From Cyanobacteria bacterium J06626_4 (GTDB taxonomy: Bacteria > Cyanobacteriota > Cyanobacteriia > Phormidesmidales > Phormidesmidaceae): a stretch of 64,000 nt of DNA. The DNA lies in assembly GCA_038523235.1 (NCBI GenBank), contig JBCBJQ010000002.1, positions 64,001 to 128,000 of the forward strand, written 5' to 3'. How positions within the stretch are numbered: the first letter of the stretch is position 1; every line of letters begins with the position of its first letter. Made by a program: the position numbers and the translations under genes. Below are positions 10,253 through 20,128 of this stretch, in pieces. Under the pieces are notes generated by a model, which saw only the letters and a program-made list of their open reading frames with translations, was not told where the DNA came from and ran no database searches.

Positions 10253-11281
10253 CTACTTCGCCTTAAGGGCTTTTGGCGTAATGCCAAACTTTTTCTTAAA
10301 TGCTGCCGCAAACTTGCCGGGGTGGGCGTAGCCGATCGCTTGCGCCACCTGCGTTACGTTCCAATCACCCAACGCTAACAACCGCCTCGCTTCTTCCATA
10401 CGATAGGCATGCAGATAGCCAAATACCGTGGTTTTGAAGACTTGGCGAAAGCCTTGTTTGAGTTTGAGGCTATTGATGCCAGACTGCTTTGCCAAAGTCA
10501 GTAAAGACGGCGGATTTTCTAAATCACGAATGAGAATGTCTTTAGCCAAATGAATCCGTTCAACATCATCTGATTTGAGCCCAGAGGCAGCAGTTAGATT
10601 AGGAGGCCATTCACTTAGCTGATCGAGCTGTAGCGCCACCAGCTCCAATGCTTTACTTTCCAAGTAAATTTGCTTAGTGAGACCCTGGTAAGGACATTGC
10701 AAAATCTGATGTAGCGCTATCGTCATGGCCGGTGTGACTGATTGGGTCCGCCACTGAAAACCTGCTTGAGTGCGAGAAAAAATCTGATTCAAGGGGGGAT
10801 GAGCGCAGTCTGACGATACGTTGGCGAGGGTTTCGAGCAAACGCGGGGCGACCGCCATTTGCACAAGGGTCAGTTTTTGCCCAGCTGCTGTTTTCGACGT
10901 CGTTTTGATGTCGCCTTGAAAGAAACCGGCATGCGTATCTTGCGATCGCACCACCAAATCCGTCGCCGCATCGCTCACCTGAGTGAGAAATCCGCCCGCA
11001 ACACAGAAGTTAAAACCAAACAAGGGCTGCATCTGAACATCTACACTGAAGCTGACATTTTGCTGAAAGTCCCATTCAACCACGGTCAAATCAAGGCCAT
11101 CTCGCAGATGAACGGAGTGGTTGGACCACTTTCCAAAGGGCTGATGCAGCTCCCACCTCATTTCATTTTCTTGAGCTCGAGAGTTGGTTCTTGTTTCCTG
11201 GTGACCAGTCTCTTGCTGCGATGCCGCTAGCATTTCTTGCAGGTCGCTATCGGTAAGGGATACTTCGTCACGGCTGGACAT
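10253..11281 (-). CDS. AraC family transcriptional regulator (PchR/YbtA-like)
   Basis: YLESKALEL, PPSLLTLAKQSGINSLKLKQGFRQVF, GYAHPGKFAAAFKKKFGITP. Confidence 0.93.
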   Translation of the reverse strand: MSSRDEVSLTDSDLQEMLAASQQETGHQETRTNSRAQENEMRWELHQPFGKWSNHSVHLRDGLDLTVVEWDFQQNVSFSVDVQMQPLFGFNFCVAGGFLTQVSDAATDLVVRSQDTHAGFFQGDIKTTSKTAAGQKLTLVQMAVAPRLLETLANVSSDCAHPPLNQIFSRTQAGFQWRTQSVTPAMTIALHQILQCPYQGLTKQIYLESKALELVALQLDQLSEWPPNLTAASGLKSDDVERIHLAKDILIRDLENPPSLLTLAKQSGINSLKLKQGFRQVFKTTVFGYLHAYRMEEARRLLALGDWNVTQVAQAIGYAHPGKFAAAFKKKFGITPKALKAK

Positions 11282-11357
11282 AAAGAATGGCCTTTAAAGC
11301 TCGTCATCGGGCATCGCACTGATGAGGCAACCCCACCTATCAGTACTTCTACCTTGT

Positions 11358-11372
11358 TGAGATCTATTGTCA
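11358..11372. promoter_or_regulatory. Fur-box-like site overlapping a TTGACA -35 of the AraC gene
   Basis: TGAGATCTATTGTCA; minus strand reads TTGACA-N16-TAGAAG. Confidence 0.5.
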
Positions 11373-11735
11373 ATTTAATCATGACCAATCGCTTTACGCA
11401 CGTTTACCCGAACGATAAAAGGTCAATGTTAAGGACTGACGGTTGCTGCAGTGATCGGCTTGGCAGTGGGGATGGTTTGCTGAACCACGGTACCCAGCAA
11501 TAGAGTCCAATGCGATGAGAATAGAGGTAATTTTCTTGATTTGGGGCGTCGCGATCGCACCCTGAGTGATGACTTGAAATGGCTGCCGTCATGCATTTGA
11601 GTCTAGCTGAGATAAGTCGGGAGCTGTCATAGGTTTACAACCACCAAAAACAAGAAGCTGGTTCCTGTTTCCAGCATCTAGATCGAATGACGTTAGGAGC
11701 CTTGAAAACGGCAGCGGCAAACAGAGCGACTTAAT

Positions 11736-12941
11736 TTACCCTCCGTTCCCTGAAGCATCAGGCATCTGGTGAGCGGACTTGACCCAGGTGAGCAGCAGCG
11801 CGGCGATCGCGGCGATCGCTGCACTGAGATAAAACGGCGCTGCGACACCAACTTGGGTATAGAGCCAACCCGCCACCAAACTGGCCGGTAAGGCAACCAG
11901 CCCCACCACCAGGTAAAAGGTGCCAATTTCCGCGCCGCGCCGGTCAGGGTGAACGAGATCAGCCACAAAGGCTTTTTGCACCCCCCGCGTCAGGGTGGAA
12001 TAGAGCCCATAGAGCATGAACAGCGGCCAGATGGCAGCAGCACTGGGGGCGATCGCAAAGCCTAAATACACTAGGGCAAAGACGAGATACCCACTTGCCA
12101 GCAGTGGGCGTCGCCCCACGCGATCGGACAAGTTACCGACGGCCAACCCGAGGGACACTTCCACCAGATTAAACACCGCGTAGAGCAACAGCACCTGACT
12201 GCTAGCAAAACCTAACGCCTGCGCGCGCAGTAACAAAAAAGCATCGGACGAATTGCCCAAGCCAAATAGCCCCACGACCAGCAAAAACCGCCGATAGCTA
12301 GGCGATAGACCTTGGAAAGTAAACTTAGGGCGCGATCTCACATTTTGACGGGGCGATCGCGGTTCTTTCACCAGTGCTAGCAGGACCAAAACGCTGAGCA
12401 AAGCTGGGATGAAGGCGATCGCAAAGACCCCCCGATAGTTTTCGGGAAACTGCCACAGCCACCAAAATCCGGCCAAGGGGCCCACAATTTCACCAATCGT
12501 TTCGAGGCTATGGTGGAGCCCAAACGCCCGCCCCCGCTGCTGGGGTGAACAATTCTCTGCAATGAGGGCATCACGGGGAGCGGCTCGCAGACCTTTACCC
12601 ACGCGATCAATGATCCGCGCCCCCAACACATGGCCCCAACCGAATGAGACCGCTAGGCCCACCTTTGATAATGCTCCCAACCCGTAGCCCATCACCGCAA
12701 AGGGCTTGCGCTGCCCCACGCGATCAGATAACCAGCCCGAATAGAGCTTGAGAATACTCGCGGTACTTTCCGCAATGCCCTCCACGACGCCCACTGTCCA
12801 AGCCGGTGCCCCTAGCACCCCAGTCAAAAAGATGGGCGTTAGGGGATACACCATTTTGCTGGCAAAGTCACTCAAAAGACTGACCAAGCCCAAGGCTGAA
12901 ACTGTAGGATTGAGCCTCTGCACCGAATCAGGTTGCTTCAT
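11736..12941 (-). CDS. MFS transporter
   Basis: About 12 TM segments, GWLSDRVGQRK and GNLSDRVGRR motif A copies. Confidence 0.92.
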   Translation of the reverse strand: MKQPDSVQRLNPTVSALGLVSLLSDFASKMVYPLTPIFLTGVLGAPAWTVGVVEGIAESTASILKLYSGWLSDRVGQRKPFAVMGYGLGALSKVGLAVSFGWGHVLGARIIDRVGKGLRAAPRDALIAENCSPQQRGRAFGLHHSLETIGEIVGPLAGFWWLWQFPENYRGVFAIAFIPALLSVLVLLALVKEPRSPRQNVRSRPKFTFQGLSPSYRRFLLVVGLFGLGNSSDAFLLLRAQALGFASSQVLLLYAVFNLVEVSLGLAVGNLSDRVGRRPLLASGYLVFALVYLGFAIAPSAAAIWPLFMLYGLYSTLTRGVQKAFVADLVHPDRRGAEIGTFYLVVGLVALPASLVAGWLYTQVGVAAPFYLSAAIAAIAALLLTWVKSAHQMPDASGNGG

Positions 12942-12968
12942 AAATTAGCGATCGCAGTACAGCTCTGA

Positions 12969-12983
12969 TGAAAATCACTCTCA
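12969..12983. promoter_or_regulatory. Fur-box-like site upstream of MFS gene
   Basis: TGAAAATCACTCTCA. Confidence 0.55.
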
Positions 12984-13223
12984 AAAATGGAGCAGTCCTA
13001 TCCTGAGCCAGGACTCTCCAGCAGCAATATAGCAGAAGGGTTAAAGATTTCAGGTGAACGCCTGCACCCGGCACCTTTAACCCGGCACCCATTGCTCAAT
13101 ATTTGCGCCCAAAACCTTGCACTGCCTGATTCAACTGTTGCCCATGCAAGTTACTGAATCTCTTTGCATTAATAGGAAAGTATTGCAATAAGATGAGAGG
13201 AAGTCATCAATGGGATGTAACAC

Positions 13224-13712
13224 ATGACGGCCCTACCCCCTCGCCAACCACCTAATATCCTGGTGCGGATTCTCTTTCAATCCATGACCGACGAAAGTCT
13301 GTGGCACCAAATTTTCTGGCTCTTGATCAGGGTCAGTGCAGGCGGGCTGATGATTCACAACGGTCTAGATAAGTTAGCGAATGTCCAAGGCTTTGCCGAC
13401 AATGTAGTGGCCTATATCGGCCTGCCCTATCCGGTCTTTTTCACCTACTGCGCTGCCTACACCGAGATCGTCGGGGCCATCTTACTCGCGTTGGGTTTGC
13501 TGGCTCGTCCTAGTGCGGTGGCGCTGCTGGGCACCATGCTGGTCGCCATGTTCTTTCACATTAAAGGGAATGGGCTGAAAGTTACTCCGCTCGAAACAGC
13601 CGCTCTCTATGCCTCGTTTTATCTGTTCTTTTTGGTCAATGGTCCAGGCAAGTTCGCGATCGATACGTGGCTGTGGCAAAAGCTGACCCTCACCCCCTCG
13701 CCTAATTCATAA
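13224..13712 (+). CDS. DoxX family membrane protein
   Basis: LLIRVSAGGLMIHNGLDKL, EIVGAILLALGLLAR, GPGKFAID. Confidence 0.9.
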   Translation: MTALPPRQPPNILVRILFQSMTDESLWHQIFWLLIRVSAGGLMIHNGLDKLANVQGFADNVVAYIGLPYPVFFTYCAAYTEIVGAILLALGLLARPSAVALLGTMLVAMFFHIKGNGLKVTPLETAALYASFYLFFLVNGPGKFAIDTWLWQKLTLTPSPNS

Positions 13713-13718
13713 ACTGCC

Positions 13719-14021
13719 ATGGCACAAATCTGTGTTTCACATACGCTACTGATTGTGAGTATTCTCCTCGGCCCGGTGTCTTGGTGTTGTGTGATGCTCT
13801 GGTTTGCGGTCTTAGCCCTGCAGGGACTGCATCGCCAGTTTGTACAAGCCCGACAGATTCAGGCCACACCCTGTTATCGCTGTACTTATTTTTCGGGGTG
13901 CAAACAGCTGCAGTGTGCGGTCCATCCTGACTTCGCTCTGACCGAATCGGCTAAAGACTGTCGAGACTTTACGCCATCGGCCTCACCCCAACAAGTCACC
14001 TGGTGGTACCACCAGCTTTAG
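13719..14021 (+). CDS. Small membrane-anchored Cys-rich cyanobacterial protein
   Basis: N-terminal hydrophobic segment then PCYRCTYF...LQCAVHP...DCRDF; 6 bp after doxX. Confidence 0.7.
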   Translation: MAQICVSHTLLIVSILLGPVSWCCVMLWFAVLALQGLHRQFVQARQIQATPCYRCTYFSGCKQLQCAVHPDFALTESAKDCRDFTPSASPQQVTWWYHQL

Positions 14022-14033
14022 CACAACTCACCC

Positions 14034-14060
14034 GGCTAAGCATTCATCAAGTGCTTAGCC
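14034..14060. terminator. Stem-loop after doxX operon
   Basis: GGCTAAGCA / TGCTTAGCC inverted repeat. Confidence 0.4.
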
Positions 14061-14460
14061 AAGAGAGCATTAATTCAGTGTTCCTTTAGCCGCAGCGTTA
14101 CTCAGGTAAAGGTAGAGCATCTTGATAGCGTTATCCACAACTCCAGCGAACCATGCAGCACCCGCCAAAATGACCGTCGAACAAGGCTAATGAGTAGCTT
14201 TGAGTGTAGATGCACGAGTGATTTTGATTGTCTGAGGTAGAGCGCAAAGAGACCCGGTAAACCAAACGATGGGGTGCCAGTGTTGAATTTAGGCACAGCT
14301 CTAACCGACGACTCGTCAGAACTGAGGTTGGTCGCCATAGATTAAATCTGGGTTAAGGTAAATGACTATAATTGCAGTGGGCTTTTTTTAATATTAAGAG
14401 TCAGTCTTGATAAGACTAGGCACGGCAATTCGATTTTTGGGGTCTAATGGAGGTGCCTGA

Positions 14461-14706
14461 ATGGATAAATCGCTACGAGCCTTCTTATACCCTCACGCCC
14501 GCTATCAGGGGGAAGTTCGGCCAGGACACTTCATGTTTAACGCAAACTTGCAAGCGTTTGCTCAGCGTGTCGGATATATCAGTGGCTTGCATACGGGGGG
14601 ACGACTCTCGTCGGATGCCGCGATTGCAGAGATCAGTCAGCTGTGGGAGCAGTTGAAGATCAGTCGCCAACAATTAGAGATGGGTCTTTCTGAGGATAAA
14701 GGGTGA
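14461..14706 (+). CDS. Small conserved cyanobacterial protein (DUF7219-like)
   Basis: FLYPHARYQG...FNANLQAFAQRVGYISGL.TGG pattern; GGAGG RBS. Confidence 0.8.
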   Translation: MDKSLRAFLYPHARYQGEVRPGHFMFNANLQAFAQRVGYISGLHTGGRLSSDAAIAEISQLWEQLKISRQQLEMGLSEDKG

Positions 14707-14942
14707 GGGCAGGCGATTTCATTCGTTTGAAAGCGCCATTTACGCCCCGGTTCAACAGTCTCAATACTTACCGGTTTGGTCAGGTGGTGGCGCTGGTGAC
14801 TGTGGATGCTGATCAGATGGTCTTAGCGCACCTCTGCGATCGCCCCGGCACCACTGTTCTCACCGACGAGCAAGGACAACCGATTCTCTATGGGTTTTGG
14901 TTGCACGAGGTCGAAGATTGGCGCGATCGCCCGTTCCTGTGA
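14703..14942 (+). CDS. Hypothetical protein
   Basis: GTGA start/stop overlap with upstream gene suggests translational coupling. Confidence 0.6.
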   Translation: MRAGDFIRLKAPFTPRFNSLNTYRFGQVVALVTVDADQMVLAHLCDRPGTTVLTDEQGQPILYGFWLHEVEDWRDRPFL

Positions 14943-15075
14943 AATCGGCGGCGTCATGGACTGCGGACTGCAGCAAGGCCATCGAGTTGGAAAACAGAGA
15001 TTTGCTAAGCGTTGCTTGATTACCAGAAAGACGCAGTATATTAGCTATCAAGAATAAATGTCATTAGGCAGGTTT

Positions 15076-15954
15076 ATGCTGGAGATTCAAGGGCTGAGCA
15101 AGACCTACGACAACGGCATTCAGGCACTGAAAAATATTTTTCTCAAGGTTCCCCACGGCATTTTTGGATTGCTCGGGCCGAATGGGGCGGGCAAATCATC
15201 CTTGATGCGGACCTTAGCCACGCTGCAGACAGCGGATCAGGGTAACGTCACGCTAGACGGTATCGATTTGCTCCGAGATCCGCAGCAAGCGCGACGCTAT
15301 TTGGGCTATCTGCCGCAGGATTTTGGCGTGTATCCGCAAGTGTCTGCCGCTGAGTTGTTGGATCAACTGGCCGTCTTCAAAGGCTTTGTGAATGTGCGGG
15401 AACGACGGGCCATCGTGGCGGAGCAGTTGCAATTAGTCAACCTCTACGACCAGCGCGATCAAAAGCTGGGCACCTTTTCCGGCGGCATGCGGCAGCGCTT
15501 TGGCATTGCCCAAGCGCTGCTGGGGTCGCCTCGGCTTGTCATTGTGGATGAACCCACTGCTGGCTTGGATCCCGCCGAGCGCATCCGGTTTCAAAATTTG
15601 CTAGCCACGATTAGCCGCGATCGCGTCCTCCTCCTCTCCACCCATATCGTCGAAGATGTGGCCGAACTGTGCCCCAAAATGGCCATCCTCAATCGCGGCA
15701 AAATCGTACAGCAGGGCAGCCCTCGCACCCTGATGGCACATTTGCAAGGACGCGTGTGGATACGCGAAGCCACGCCCGACCACCCCATCGATCCTCGGTG
15801 GGCAATCATTACCACCCGGATGGAACGCGGGGGACGCTGCATCCGCGTCCTCAGCGATACCGCTCCCGACGCCTCCTTCCAACTCGTCGATCCCGACCTT
15901 AACGACGTTTACTTCACCGCGTTAATGGATCAGCCAGTGGCGATCGCCGTCTGA
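15076..15954 (+). CDS. ABC transporter ATP-binding protein (ABC-2 type)
   Basis: GPNGAGKS, FSGGMRQR, IVDEPTAGLDP, STH. Confidence 0.93.
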   Translation: MLEIQGLSKTYDNGIQALKNIFLKVPHGIFGLLGPNGAGKSSLMRTLATLQTADQGNVTLDGIDLLRDPQQARRYLGYLPQDFGVYPQVSAAELLDQLAVFKGFVNVRERRAIVAEQLQLVNLYDQRDQKLGTFSGGMRQRFGIAQALLGSPRLVIVDEPTAGLDPAERIRFQNLLATISRDRVLLLSTHIVEDVAELCPKMAILNRGKIVQQGSPRTLMAHLQGRVWIREATPDHPIDPRWAIITTRMERGGRCIRVLSDTAPDASFQLVDPDLNDVYFTALMDQPVAIAV

Positions 15955-16005
15955 TTGGTGCTGCGCTTTTCGCTCTTGGTTCTTGGTTTTTCGTTCTCTC
16001 ACTTC

Positions 16006-16294
16006 CTAGTGCAGCGTCAAGCTTTATTTTGTGCGTTTTCTAAATCTGGGTTGATCGCGATGCAACGTTAATTCGAGTTGAGCAACTGAACCGTATTTTC
16101 CCCTCCATGGGAGGGGTGTCCGGAGGACGGGGTGGGTTTTCGGCTGAGTTTGACCCACCCCTAGCCCCTCCCATGGAGGGGATTTGTCCTGAACAGCGAC
16201 GAGCCTGATTCAATCAGGAACTGATCCCGAGCTTAGATGATGCAATCGTTCTAAGAGATCTCAACTCACAATCTCAAACTTGACAGACCACTAG
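16006..16294. mobile_element. MITE-like element with internal REP-like hairpin
   Basis: Ends CTAGTGCAGCGTCAAG and rc CTAGTGGTCTGTCAAG; internal perfect 18-bp inverted repeat TCCCCTCCATGGGAGGGG (16099-16116 / 16165-16182). Confidence 0.6.
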
Positions 16295-16383
16295 CTTCCA
16301 CAACTCTCTTTCTCCCTATACGGGCGAGGCATTCTCGATGGAATGTTGCACACAATGACGAAGGTTGCTTCGAGAATGCCTCG

Positions 16384-16450
16384 CCCCTACTCCCCCACCC
16401 TCCTACTCCCCTACTCCCCCACCCTCCTACTCCCCTACTCCCCCACCCCT
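16384..16450 (+). repeat. C-rich short tandem repeat (8-bp subunits, 24-bp period)
   Basis: CCCCTACT-CCCCCACC-CTCCTACT about 2.7 copies just before ATG 16451. Confidence 0.85.
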
Positions 16451-19400
16451 ATGTTCTCCGCCCCCGTCTTCACTTTCGAGAGCCGTTATCACCTGCGTCG
16501 CCCCACCTTTTGGATCATTGCGCTGGTGTTTTTCGCGATCGCCCTGACTGACATGGTGGCTAAGGGCAGCGAAGGTAACGCCTTTTTCTTCGTCAACAGT
16601 CCGCTGCAAATCTTTCAAACGACGATTTGGTACACCATCTTTGGCATTTTGGCCGCCGCGGCGTTTGTGGCCGAAACTTTTGTACGAGACACGCACAATC
16701 GGACAGAAGAACTGATACTGGCGACCCCCATTCGCAAGAGTCGCTATCTGGCTACCCGGTTTTGGGCGGCTTTTGGCATGGCGCTGCTGGCGTTTTCGGC
16801 TTATCTGCCGGGCATGGTGATGGGCAGTTTGATCCCAGGACTGAATCCCTATGCCATCGGGCCGCTGCGACTGGATGCCTATGTGCTCAGCTACGGTTTG
16901 ATTGCGCTCCCTAATCTGTTTTTGGTGTCGGCGATCGCCTTTGGGCTGGCGGCGCGCACCCGCAGTTTAGCTATCACCTACGCGGGCGCGATCGTGCTGG
17001 TCATGTTCTATCTCGCCTCGCTGCTGATGGTCGGGGTCGACGTGATTAACTTTGAGCAGTATCGGCTGTGGGCGCTGGCCGATCCCTTTGGTTTCTACGC
17101 CTTGGAAGAGCAGGCCCTCGCTTGGACGGTGCATCAGTACAACACGCTGATGCCACCCATCAGTGGCACGTTCATCGCCAATCGGCTGCTGTGGCTGGCG
17201 ATCGCCACCGCCATCTGGCTCAGCAGTTACGTGGGCTATTCCCTCCAATTGCCCATCCGTAAAAGGGGCAAATCGGCCTCCGGGCAGCGTTCCCAAGCGC
17301 CCCTCAGGCAACCCTTGCCCAGTGCCGCCGGTACCCCTCAGCAAGGCCGCACAACACGGGGGTACTGGGGCCATGACAGCCAGGGCCAAGGTGAAGAAGT
17401 GCGCTATCTCCGGTGGCGAAGACCGGCGCTCAATCGCCGCGATCGCCTACGCCAATGGTGGCATCGCAGTCGCTTTGAGACGGGCATGATTTTGCAGGGG
17501 CGAGCGTTTTTGCTATTGACGGCGGGGGGATTGATTAGTCTGGTGATGGCCGCCATTGGCAGCCGTTCGTTCAACTATTCCAATCCCAGCACCGATATTC
17601 TGATTCACTCGGCCAATCTCTATTTTGAGTACATTCTGTTCGCCATTATTGTGGTCTATGCTGCCGAGGTGGTGTGGCGCGATCGCACCCTGCGGCTGCA
17701 GTCGGTGATTGATGCGACGCCTGTAACCAATGGTGTCCTACTACTGGCCAAACTGTCGGCACTATTCATGGTGATCACGCTGAATCTGCTGCTGGCGATG
17801 GTAGTGATGATGGCCTATCAGCTCTTGAACGGCTACACCGACTTACAGGTGCCGCTGTATTTGCAGATGTTGTTTTTAGAGCATGGCCCCTACTTTTACA
17901 TCACGGCAGCCTTAGCGCTATTTACTCAGGTTGTGACTCGCCGCAAATACCTGGGGATGGCGCTGGTGGTGTTGATTTCGCTCTCGCACATTCCCCTAGA
18001 TGCACTGGGCTGGTATCACAACCTTTATCGCTTCGCCGCCACCAATGACATCGAATATTCGCCGATGAATGGCTATGGCGGTTTGTTTGTCGGCCACCTC
18101 TGGTATGGGCTGTACTGGAGTCTGTTTGCTGCCGTACTGATGCTGCTGGCGTTCATCCTCTGGCCGCGAGGTTCCGAACAGACTCATCTGGGGCGCGCTT
18201 GGCAACAGGGCTGGCGACAGGCCCACCGCACCGTCAAGCGATCGCTCGCCGCACTGGTGCTGCTCTGGGCTGGGGTCGGCACCTGGATTGGCTACAACAC
18301 GATGGTCGTGAATCCTTATCAGCCTGCCGGTAAAGAAGCAACGGCGGCAGCGATCGAAACCCGCTTTAAGCAGTACGAAAGTTTGCCCATGCCCGTCGTC
18401 ACCGATACGCAGGTGACCATTGAGCTGTATCCCGATCAGCGCTACTTTCAAGCTCAGGGACAATACACCCTAGCCAATCGCACCGACCAGCCCATCCGCG
18501 AAATTCACTTGCTGACGTTCATCAACCTGCAGCTCGGAGAGGTAGCCTATCCCGGTGCGACGCTACGCGAAGCCCATCCGGAGTGGGGCTACTACATTTA
18601 CGACTTGGCCACGCCGCTCATGCCTGGCGAACAGCAGGTGCTGCAGTTTCAGACCGCCACTGCACCCGCTCAAGGCTTTCGCAACCAGGTAGATAGCGAC
18701 GACGTATACATGATCTATCCCAACGACGTCGTCCATAACGGCACCAACCTGTACAGCCCCTTTATGCTGCCGTTTGTCGGCTACACCAAAATGGTGGAAC
18801 ACAAGAAAGCTTGGCTGCGGGCCAATTTGGGATTACCGCCCCTAGAAGACCGCATGCGCCCCCACGACGACCCGACCGGCTTATCCCAGGCCCTGATGCT
18901 GACCCACTTAGGCTGGGGCAGTACGGACGTCACTATTGGCACGGCGGCGGATCAGACTGCCGTCACCGCTGGGCGTTTAGTAGATGAATGGGTGGCGGGC
19001 GATCGCGCCTATTTCCGCTATCAGTCCACGACGCCGACGCGGGGCAAGTTCACTGTTTTCTCGGCCCGCTACGACACCTATCGCACCGAAGACTATCGCG
19101 TGCCCATCGAGATTTATCACCATCCCCAACATGCCGACAATGTCGCGTTAATTGCCGAGCAGGTGGGCGCAGCGCTGACCTTCTACGAAGACACCTTTGG
19201 CCCCTATCCCTTTGAGCAAGTGCGAGTGACGGAGTTTGTCTACTACGACGGCATGGTGTTCTCCGAAGGCGGCACGATAGGCATTCCCGAAGTGCTGGCA
19301 TGGAAGAGTGAGGCCACTGGCGCGGGCCGTGAGTCCCTGGTGGACTGGGTGAGCTACCTGCTAGCCCACGCCTGGTGGGAAGATCAGCTGATCGCTGCCG

Positions 19401-20128
19401 ATGTCGCCGGGGGGATGACTATTCGCGAGGCCCTCAGCGCCTATGCGAGTGAACTCTATCAGCGATCGCAGCGCCCTGCCGAAGCACAACGCCTCGCTAA
19501 GCAGCAGCTCATGCGCGACTATTTTCGCCAATTGGGCAAAATTGACTTCCAAGAACCGCCTCTAGCCGACATCTACAATGAATTGCCCATTGCCCGCCAC
19601 AAAGGCGGCATGGTGTTGGAACTGATCGAACAGCAGATTGGCCAAGCCGCAATGCTCACCGGCATTCGCAACTTCCTCGCGGATCACCGCTACCAAGCTT
19701 CCCCTTACGCCACGGTACTGGACTTGCGAGATGAGATCGCCGCCCAAGCATCCGAGAGCGATCGTCCCCTGATCGACGAGCTGTTTGCCGAGGTCATCAC
19801 CTACCAAGTCGGCATCACCGACGCTACCTACGCGCCCCTTGACAACGGCCAATACCGCGTCCAGCTTAATGTCGAAGCCCACCAGCTCATCACCACTGAC
19901 CTCGGCCAGCAAACCACCGCACCGCTAGAGATGCCCGTCGCGATCGCGCTGCACAACCAAGCCGGTGACGTGATTTACGAAGCCGAGCATGCTCTTGATG
20001 GTGCTGCCAGTACGATTGAGGTGACGGTGAGCGATCGGCCTGCAGTGGCCGCGATCGACGGCGACTACACTCTGCCCTCCTCCTTCCTGCCAGACAACAC
20101 CAAACCTGTCCGCCCCCTCGAAGATTAG
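16451..20128 (+). CDS. ABC-2 permease (two TM blocks) fused to C-terminal M1 aminopeptidase-like domain with degenerate Zn motif
   Basis: Two ABC-2-type TM blocks, YSPMNGYG, FGPYPFEQVRVTEF, YLLAHAWW in place of HExxH, IREALSAY. Confidence 0.85.
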   Translation: MFSAPVFTFESRYHLRRPTFWIIALVFFAIALTDMVAKGSEGNAFFFVNSPLQIFQTTIWYTIFGILAAAAFVAETFVRDTHNRTEELILATPIRKSRYLATRFWAAFGMALLAFSAYLPGMVMGSLIPGLNPYAIGPLRLDAYVLSYGLIALPNLFLVSAIAFGLAARTRSLAITYAGAIVLVMFYLASLLMVGVDVINFEQYRLWALADPFGFYALEEQALAWTVHQYNTLMPPISGTFIANRLLWLAIATAIWLSSYVGYSLQLPIRKRGKSASGQRSQAPLRQPLPSAAGTPQQGRTTRGYWGHDSQGQGEEVRYLRWRRPALNRRDRLRQWWHRSRFETGMILQGRAFLLLTAGGLISLVMAAIGSRSFNYSNPSTDILIHSANLYFEYILFAIIVVYAAEVVWRDRTLRLQSVIDATPVTNGVLLLAKLSALFMVITLNLLLAMVVMMAYQLLNGYTDLQVPLYLQMLFLEHGPYFYITAALALFTQVVTRRKYLGMALVVLISLSHIPLDALGWYHNLYRFAATNDIEYSPMNGYGGLFVGHLWYGLYWSLFAAVLMLLAFILWPRGSEQTHLGRAWQQGWRQAHRTVKRSLAALVLLWAGVGTWIGYNTMVVNPYQPAGKEATAAAIETRFKQYESLPMPVVTDTQVTIELYPDQRYFQAQGQYTLANRTDQPIREIHLLTFINLQLGEVAYPGATLREAHPEWGYYIYDLATPLMPGEQQVLQFQTATAPAQGFRNQVDSDDVYMIYPNDVVHNGTNLYSPFMLPFVGYTKMVEHKKAWLRANLGLPPLEDRMRPHDDPTGLSQALMLTHLGWGSTDVTIGTAADQTAVTAGRLVDEWVAGDRAYFRYQSTTPTRGKFTVFSARYDTYRTEDYRVPIEIYHHPQHADNVALIAEQVGAALTFYEDTFGPYPFEQVRVTEFVYYDGMVFSEGGTIGIPEVLAWKSEATGAGRESLVDWVSYLLAHAWWEDQLIAADVAGGMTIREALSAYASELYQRSQRPAEAQRLAKQQLMRDYFRQLGKIDFQEPPLADIYNELPIARHKGGMVLELIEQQIGQAAMLTGIRNFLADHRYQASPYATVLDLRDEIAAQASESDRPLIDELFAEVITYQVGITDATYAPLDNGQYRVQLNVEAHQLITTDLGQQTTAPLEMPVAIALHNQAGDVIYEAEHALDGAASTIEVTVSDRPAVAAIDGDYTLPSSFLPDNTKPVRPLED

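Noticed and set aside
14102..14338. 78-aa minus-strand ORF
   Set aside because: No motif or RBS support; cannot be distinguished from chance
16343..16450. N-terminal extension PYSPTLLL repeats of the 1261-aa ORF
   Set aside because: Translation of an intergenic tandem repeat; family-like sequence starts at ATG 16451
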